Of a stretch of DNA of 64,000 nt, positions 1 through 9,000 are shown piece by piece. This stretch comes from Rebecca billardiae RCC1528. Lineage: Eukaryota; Protista; Haptophyta. The DNA lies in assembly GCA_965240325.2 (NCBI GenBank), contig OZ251226.1, forward strand, positions 2,480,001 through 2,544,000. Direction: 5' to 3'. The stretch's first letter is position 1, and every line of letters starts with the position of its first letter. The translations under genes were made by a program, and so were the position numbers. Under the pieces are notes generated by a model. The model did not search any database. It had not been told where the DNA came from and was given only the letters and a program-made list of their open reading frames with translations.

Positions 1-1
1 C

Positions 2-3000
2 GGTGAAGCCGAGCTCGCGGCCGAGCTTCTCGATGTCCGCGCCGGGGTCGACGCCGGGGAAGAGGATGAAGAGCAGCGGCATCGACGACGTCGAGTCGCC
101 GAAGCAGTCGAGCAGCTGCGTCGCCTCCTCCGCCACGAAGCGCTGCCCGAGCCGCTGCCCGACCGCGCGCTTGAGCGCGGACACGATCCGGTCGGGCCGG
201 AGCGCGCGCAGCAGCACGAGGCGCTGCAGCATGCTCAGCTTGGCCCAGTCGGGCGGCAGCGGCTCCTGCTCCGGCGCCGCCGCCTCCACCCACTCGCTCC
301 ACGCCGTGTCCGACAGCTCGAGGTCGTCGGGCAGCGTGCGGAACGGCTCGAGCTCGCGCAGCGCGCACGCGGCCGCCCACTGCTGCTCGCTTAAGTACTC
401 CGAGCACTTGTCCGTCATCACGGGGAGGTGCGCGGGGGGGCGGACGCCCTCGACGAGCGCGGCGTACTCCGGCTCGACGAGCTCGGCCGACGCGCGCATC
501 ACCTTGAACAGCAGCTGCGCCGCGACGATCAGCTTGTGCGACTCGAAGAGGCCGCGGCGCGCGTGCGCAAACACGCCGTATGTGATCTCCTCCGTCAGGC
601 TGCGCACGCGCTCGACCAGCTGCTCGGGGTTCATCGAGACGGCGATGGTCTTGCGCGCGTCGATGCGGTCCCAGAGCGGGTTGGAGCGCTTCTGCTTCTC
701 CTTCAGGTTGGGCAGGATCTGCTTGAGCAGCGACGACTCGGACGCCTTGAACTTGCGCTTCTGCCCGGTGAGCGCCTTCTCGAACACAACGAGGAACGCG
801 TTGAGCGAGTGCTGGAAGAAGGAGTGCAGCATCGGCAGCTCGGCGAGCAGGAAGAAGACGAGCGAGCCGCGCGCGGCGACGGCGCGGTACGCCTCGCGCG
901 CCTCGTTGATCGACAGCTCCGTCTGCTGCGAGACCGCCACCTTCTCCGCGATCGACGTCGCCACCTTCTTGGACGCCTCCAAGTTCTCGATCAGCGTGAG
1001 GTTCTCGAGGACGTCGCCCTCGGCCGAGGCGAGCTGCGCGAGGATCGAGTCCTCGAGGTCCTTCACCTTGGACTTGTACCCGTTCTGCTCGCGGATGAGC
1101 ACGAGCTTCTGCTCCTCCAGGTCCGGCCGCTCCTTCGACACGGTGAGCGCGAGCAGCTGGTCCTCCAGCCCGTCCTCCGTCACCATGAAGTTGACGAGCG
1201 TCGTCTCGGCCTGCAGCTCTGGCGGGTAGTGCGGGTTGGTCAGCTTCGTCTGCAGGTACAGCCGGAAGTCGGCGTGGAACTCGACCTCCTTCTCGCCGAG
1301 CTTGATGTACTGCGTGCGCCCGCGCCGGATCGTCTGCCGCCCGACGAGCGGCGCGAGCACCGCGTCCACCGCCGTGCCGGGCAGGTTCTCGATCACGAGC
1401 GGCTTGCCCGCCGCCACCGCCTCCTCGAGCGCCGCGAGCGTGCTCGCGCCGTCGAGCCGCACAACCTTCACGCGCCGCTCCTCCTCGCGCTTCTTGATCC
1501 ACGTGATGCCCTGCAGCTGCGGGTCGATCATGAGCGGCCAGCGCGCCGAGTTGCACACGATCGCGCCGTTCTCTGCGGAGACGCGGTCCGTGGGCAGGTT
1601 CTCGTTGCCCCACTGCGCGATCTCCGCGTCGGTGGTGAGGATGGCGAGCGGGTCGGCCGCGTCCGACATCGGAATGGCGCGCGCCGGGTCGCGCAGAAAG
1701 GGGACGAAGGTCTCGTCGATCAGCGCGTGGCGGTACCGCTTGTTGAAGCAGCCGGCGTACGAGACGAACGCCGCGGCGAGGAGCACGTCGCCCACCAGCC
1801 GCTGCTGCTGCTCCCTCAGCGCGACGATCGCCGCGCGCCACCGCTCGCCCTCCTGCCCGAGCGAAGCCATCAGCCGCGACGCGAGCGCGAGCTTGCGAGA
1901 GCACATCTCGCCCTCGGCGATCACGGCGTCCTTCTCGACGAGCGCGGCCTCGTACAGCGCGGTGAGGTCGCGCATCATCCCGTCCGCCTCGGCCGCCTTC
2001 TGCGCCGCCGCCTCCTTCGCCGCGATCGCGTCCGCGAGGTCGAGCTCCGCCTGGTTGGCCGCCTCGCGCATCGGCTCGACGTTCTCGTTGGTGTCCCAGT
2101 AGAGCGTGATGTTGATCACCCACTCGCACAGCCCCGCGGCGGCGGAGGACTTCTGGCGCATCGTGTCGACGTTGAACCACTCCTTCTCGAGCAGCGGCCG
2201 GATGTTCTTGAAGTTCTGCTTGGGCACCTGCCCCGCGTCGATCTTCTCGCGGAACCCCGCCAGGTCGGCCATGAAGACGTTGAGGTCCTTCATCATCACC
2301 GCGGACGCCTTCCACGACGTGTCGGGCTTCTTCGAGCCGTCGGGCGCGAGCATGTGGATCACCGCGGCGGTGACGTCCTCGACGCCGGCGGGCGGCTTGG
2401 GGAGCGAGCGCAGCTCGCCCAGCTCCTTCTTGTTCAGCGTGTCCAGCGCCGCCGCCGCCTTGAGCAGCGCGGGCTGCGCCGCCTGCAGGTCGGCGTCGAT
2501 GGTGAGCTTCATCTCGGAGACGGCCGCCTGCCGCTCCTCCGCCTCCTTGGCAACCTCGGCGGCGGCGCGCGAGTTCTCGGCGGCCTTGTCCTTCTGCACG
2601 GCCATCTGCGGGACGAACGCGTCGACCTGCGCCTTCTTCTCCTCCACCTCGCGCTGCTTGCTCAGCAGCTCCTGCTCCAGCCCGCTCACCGACTCGGAGG
2701 TGGCCTGCAGCTTCATCACACCGGACGTGTACCGCTGCATCGCCGCGTCCATCTCAGAGCGCCTCCGCTTGAGCATCTGCGAGAAGAGGTGGATGAGCTC
2801 GAGGAAGGACTTGGGCGTGGTCCAGTTGTACCGGCGCTCCTGCTCGAGGTACCGCCGCGAGAGCTCGTTCACCGCGACGAACGAGAAGGGCATGAACGAG
2901 CACACCGACGCGCGCATCTCGTCGGAGCCGAGCTCGAGGTCGTCGAGGAAGCGCTTTGAGACCGAGAGCAGCGCCTCCTCGGGCCACGGCTGGAACCAGT

Positions 3001-6000
3001 CGATCACGACGCAGTTGACGAGCGCGGGGAAGCGGCGCGTGCGCACCTTGATCGGCTCGCCCACCGGCGAGAAGGAGAGCGCGACGTGCAGGTTGGAGCG
3101 CACCTGCGCGAGGAAGTGCGCCCAGCAGTCCGCCGCGCCGTCCGGCTTGCCCGCGCGCTTGACGGCGGGCCGCACGAGCCCGACGATCTCGTCGACGTCC
3201 TCAGGCGGGAAGAGGCCGGTGATCTCGCCGGAGGAGAGCAGGTCGTTGATGTACACGAGGAAGCGCTCGTCGGCGATCTGCTGGTCCGTGAAGAGGAACA
3301 CCATCCCCTCGCCCTTGATCCCGCACCGGCGGTACATCTGCTGCAGGTCTCGGCGCAGCTCGTGCAAGCCGTAGCTCGCGCTGATCACGAGCTGCACCAC
3401 GGACAGCCCCGAGACGAACGCGGCGAGGCGCGTGAGCGACTGCTTGCCCGAGCCGCCCACGCCGACGAGCAGGGCGTGCCCGCCGGGCGACTCGACGATG
3501 CGCGAGATGCGGCAGACGTGGCGCATCGCGTCCTCGAAGAGCACGAGGTTCATGACCGGGTGCGTCTCGTTGTACTCGGCGAGCGAGCCCTCGAGCAGCT
3601 GCGAGAGAGCGCCGAACGAGCTCACCTTGGCGTACTTGGACTCGCCCGAGCCCTTGGCGAAGTGCGAGAAGATGAAGGGCTCGGCGAACGCGAGCGTGGG
3701 CGAGAACTCCTTGAAGTGCTTCCGCTGCTGCTCCAGCGCGATGTCCTTGTACCGCTTCAGGTCCTGCGCGGACACGAGCCGGTCGCCGTACACGCGCTCG
3801 CTCTCGTGCAGCCACAGCTGCGTCATCGCGAGCGGCTCGGAGAGCTCCTCGCCGCGCGCCATCAGCATGCCCTGGAAGACGCCGGCGACGTGCCGGATGT
3901 TGAACTCGTAGTGGAACTTGGACGCCGTCTTGCGGAACGTCGAGGCCACGCGCTTGTGCAGCTGCAGCGCCGCGTGCACGATCTTCTTGCCCACCTCCGC
4001 CATGTGAGGCACGGACGAGGACACGTGCGCGAGCAGGAACGTGGAGAAGATGGTGGTGAGCGACTCGGCGGAGGGGAAGCCGACGGCGAACGTGGCGAAG
4101 AGGCGCTGCAGCCGCGGGTTCACCGTGAACGAGCCCGCCGTCGGGTTCATCGCCGCGAGGTACTGCGTGTTGTTGAGCTGCTTGGGCTGCAGCTTGCCCG
4201 CCACGTCGTACACGTGGCCGTACGCGAGGTGCTGCCGCATGAGCGCGATGTTGGACGCGGTGCCGTACTGGTCGAGCGCGGCGAGGTTGAGGTCGTCGAC
4301 GAAGTAGATCAGCCGGCGGCTCCCCGGCGGCCCGTAGTTCCGCCCAACCTTCTTCTCGAGCGGCGCCTCCAGGTTGCGCTGGAAGAGCGCCGCGTTGGTG
4401 AAGTAGTTCACGTTGATCGTCTTGGTCGTGAAGTCTGCGCCGAGCTCGCGCAGCAGGCCGTTGATGATGGCGGTCTTGCCGCAGCCCGCCGTGCCGACGA
4501 GCATCGCGGGGTGGCGCCGGTGCACCAGGCTCGAGAGCCAGTAGCTCACCGACACCGTCTCCACCGTCGGCACCGTCACCGTCGAGACGCTCTGCTCGGA
4601 CGGGTCGAAGCCGATCGTCGGCACGACCTCCGCCCACGCCTTGAACTCGGCCTTCTCGCGGTCGACGAAGAAGTCGAAGACCTCGCCGCGGTGCGGGTAC
4701 GCGACGGCCTTGAACTCGTCCTTCCACCACTTCGAGAACACGCGGCGGTAGTCCAGCCCGCCCGACGTCGAGAGCGTGCCGCCGAACGCCCACACCGCCG
4801 CGAAGACGAAGTAGAGCTCGATGCGCGCCTCGTCCTCCTTGCCGCCCGGCGGCACGTTCTCCTTGGTGAGCAGGCCCTCGAGCATGTGGCACAGCGACTG
4901 CACGAGCGCGAAGTCGAGGACGGGGATGAGCGGCTTGAAGCTGCGCCGCAGCTCGGCGAGCGTCGGCTTGCAGTACGTCTCGAACAGCCCGAGCAGCTGC
5001 TGCGCGCGCTTGGCCGCCTGCTGCGCGGGCACGGCGCGCTCCTTCACCTCCTCCGCGCGCCAGCGCTCGACCCACGACGCGACGTAGTTGGCCCACTGCT
5101 CGCGCTCGGCGATGTGCAGGATGCCCGCGCGCGTGACGGTGGCGGGCGTCGCGAAGTTGAGGTCGCGCACCTCGAAGATCAGCCGCATGTGCGGCATGAG
5201 CCGGATGCGCTCGTTGCTCGCGAGCGTGAGCAGCCGGTTGTCGTCCATCACCGAGTTCATGTTCTCGATCCAGTTCGGGTCGAGGTCGCCGTCGAGGATG
5301 ATCCACTTGGGGTTGGTGTCGGGCGCGTTGGCCATCCCGCGCATCGTCGACGAGAGCAGCCCGTCCTTCCACTCGCGCGTCGCCATGTTGACGTAGCCGT
5401 ACAGCTCGTTGGGCGTGACCGCCTTTGGGCTGATGTCGACGAGCGTCGTCTCGCCGCGCGACGGCTGCCGGCCCCACACGGCCGCGAGCGTGCGCCACGC
5501 CTCGGTCTTGTTGCAGCCGGAGGAGCCCATGCAGAAGACGCAGTGGCGGATGTCGAGCAGGTCCTGCAGGTCGACCACGTTCTGCACGAACAGCTCGGTC
5601 GGCTGCAGCCCCGCGCCCGTGCCCACCTCCTTGACCAGCGCCTCGAACGCGTCGTCGCGCACGCGCGGCATCTCCTCGTACAGCTCGCGGAAGAGGTCGC
5701 GCAGCAGGCCGTGGAAGACGACGACGTCGTCGTCGACGATCTTGGGCAGGTTGAAGTCGCGCAGCGCGCGCATCAGTAGGCCCATCTCCGCGGCGGCGGG
5801 CTCCTTCCGCTTGAACGAGCCCGCGACGACGAGCACCGACTTGATCGCGCGCAGCCCCCAGTCGTAGTGCCGCTGCTGCGAGAGCAGTGCGCTCAGCAGG
5901 CGGAAGAGGACGAAGAACTTGTTGGCGAGCGCGGAGGCGTCGGTGTACCCCTCCGCCATCAGCATGTTCTCGATGATCATCTGCAGGTCGGGCACCATCA

Positions 6001-9000
6001 CCGTCACCGGGCGGAAGAGCACCTTGAGCGACTCGGGCAGCTCGGTGCGGCCGAGGTAGCCCGGGTTCATCGTCACAAACGCCATGCAGCCGTACGGCGA
6101 CAGCGAGTAGCCGACGCCCTCCATGAGGAAGGTGTCGGCGCGCGCGCGCTGCGCGTCGAGCACCGACTTGTACTGGATCGAGCACACCGAGAGCACCTCG
6201 GCGAGCAGCCGGTTGAACTCGTCGAAGCAGCCCCACGCGCCCGCGGACGCGATCCCCTTGAAGATGTCGCCCATCGTGCGGTAGTCCATCTCCGGCCCGC
6301 AGTTGAACACGTAGATGGCCTTGCCGAGCTGCGCGGCGAGGTCCTTGGTCGTCTCGGTCTTGCCCGTGCCCGCCGGCCCGGCGGGCGCGCAGCCGAGCCC
6401 GAGGTGCGCCGCCTGCGTCGCGGTGATGTAGATCCGGTCGGTGAGCGGCGTGACGACGAGCCGCGCGCCGTTGCCCAAGTACTCAAACGCGTACCGGAAC
6501 TCGGCGTTGGCGACAAAGACCCACACGTCCTCGGCGTCGTCGCCGCCGTGCGCGATGCGCCGCGTCTTGAGCTGCGAGACCCACGCGAAGTCCGACGTCG
6601 AGCGCACGCCGTCCGCGAGCAGCTTCGCGTTCACGTCGCGCGAGTGCGTCTCGAGCGTGATCATGTTCATAATCTTGCGCCGGTCGTTGGCGCTCAGCTC
6701 GCCCGCGACGAGCGAGATCAGCTCTGAGAGCTCGGCGTGCTGGGTCTTGCAGTAGTTGGCGAGCGCGTCGTGCTCGGCGCGGTGGACGCGCTCGAGCGCG
6801 TCCTCCGTGCGCGACGTCCACGCGAGCTGCGTCGTGAGCAGCGCGAGCTGCGACACGTGGTCGAAGAGCCACTCCTTGCGCGGCCGCTTGGCGAGGTCGT
6901 CGTGCGCGCGCACGAGCTGCGCGCGCAGCTCGGCGCGCGCCGCCTGCAGCAGCTGGATGAGGTAGAGCTCGGCGCGGCCCTGCAGCGCGGTGGGCTCGGA
7001 GAGCTCGAACGCGAGGCGCTCGCCCTCCGACGAGACCAGCGCCTTGAGCACGTGCCCCTCGCCCAGCTCGACCGCGCGCACGGCCGCCATGATGGCGGGG
7101 ATGTGCGCCACGACCACGGCAGGCTTGTTTGCGTTCGAGAGGATCTCGAGGAGCGTGAGGGTGGAGACGAAGTAGAAGCGCGGGAAGAGGCGGCGCTTCG
7201 CCTCGAGGTAGTCCGCGAGCGACTTCTCGCACGTCTCGAGCCCGGCGGACACCTCCTGCAGCGCGGGCAGCAGCCCCTCGCGCGCGCACGCCTCGACGGC
7301 ACTCGGCTGCTCGCCAATCGACGCGAGCTCCGAGCGGAACGCCTCGTCGAGCGAGGCGAAGCGCTCGGCGTCCTCGGGCAGCTCGGCCTTGACCTCGTCG
7401 CTGCCGATGAAGAGGGTGTGCAGGTACGACCACTTGCGCTGCATCTCGAGCACCACCGCGAGCACGTCCGCGACGGCCGAGAGCCGCGCGTGCCACTCGG
7501 CCACGCGCGCCTCGAAGGCGCCTAGGTACTTGGAGGTGCGCATCGTCTGCACGAGCTGCGTGTTCTCCTCGAGGGTGACGAAGTCGTCGTCGGAGAGGCG
7601 GACGAAGAAGACGCCCGAGCCCTCGGCATGCTCCTCGCGCTCGAGCGCCACCCCCTTCCACACCGCGTCCAGCTTGTTCAGGTCGGTCTCCATCCGGTCC
7701 TCCTTGAGCGCGCGGTCGACCACCTCGCCCACGTCGTCGATGAACTCGTGCAGCCGCAGCGACAGCAGGTCGGAGAGCTTGAAGTCGGGGGTGATCGAGA
7801 GCTGCACGCCGGTGATCTCGGCGAGCTGCGCCCAGTGCCGCTCGCGCATCGACGGCGAGCGCAGGTCGCCCACCGAGGGCAGCGCGACGAGCAGCTGGCG
7901 CAGCGCGCTCTCCACGCCGCCGTACGCTTCGAAGGCGCGCACGCGCACGTCCGACGCGCGCAGCGCCTTCAGCAGCAGCTTGGCCTCGGCCTCGATGGCG
8001 CCGACGTCGATGGCGTCCCACGCGGTGGCGCGCCACTGCGCGATCGTCGAGTGCACCACCTGCGTCAGGTCCCACAGGTGCTTGATCGCCACGAGGTCGA
8101 GGTGGCACGCGCGCACGGTGCCGTCCGTCTCCGCCATCGCCTCGGACACATCGAACAGCTCCGTGCGCTCCGCCATCGCCGAGCGCCGCGCCTCGAGCTC
8201 GCCGAGCGCGGCGCGCAGCCGGTCGATGTGCGTGTACGCGTCCTTCGGCTCGAGCTCCGAGCCGAACACCGGCTCGGCCAGGAAGTCGCGGCGGAACGCG
8301 TCCGCCGCCTCGACGAGCTCGGTCACGTCCGCGAGCACGACGGCGCTCTCGCCGTCCACAGACGTCTTGATCGCCTTGCGCACCGCCGGCGCGTTGCGCT
8401 TGAGCTCGCGCCACTCGGCGTCGATCCGGCCGAGCGTGGCGGCGTGCTCCTCCTCGCCGAGGCCGAGGAAGCCGATCACGTCGCGCAGCTGGTCGATCAG
8501 CGCGTCCGTCCGCTCCGTGTCCGCGCGCAGCTCGTACAGGCAGCGCATCACGCCCAGCAGCGCACCCTTGTCGTCCGGCTCAACCGACGCGCCCAGCCCG
8601 GCGGTGAGCGCGCGCACGCGCGCCGCGAGCTCGCTGAGCTGCGCGTCGAGCGCGGCGGCGAGGTCGTCGGCGTAGTGCTCCTTCGCGCCCTCGCGCATCA
8701 GCGGCGGCACCTCGAGCGTGTGCACCAGCTCGAACGTCGAGGTCATCACGTTGGCGCGCACGGACGCGACGGTCGTGCCCGCAAACACGGCCGCGCGCCC
8801 GACCGCCTGCATCTGATTGAGCTCGGCGGAGTAGACGAGGCGCCACGCCCACGCGTCGTCGTCCACCGAGTACGAGAGCTCGTGCACGTCGTCGTACAGG
8901 TACCCCTCCGAGCTCTCGCCGCCGTACACCCACAGCCGCGGCTCCGCGCCGCCCACGCCGCCCACGTGCACGGCAAAGTGGCGGCGCGTGGAAGGCGACT

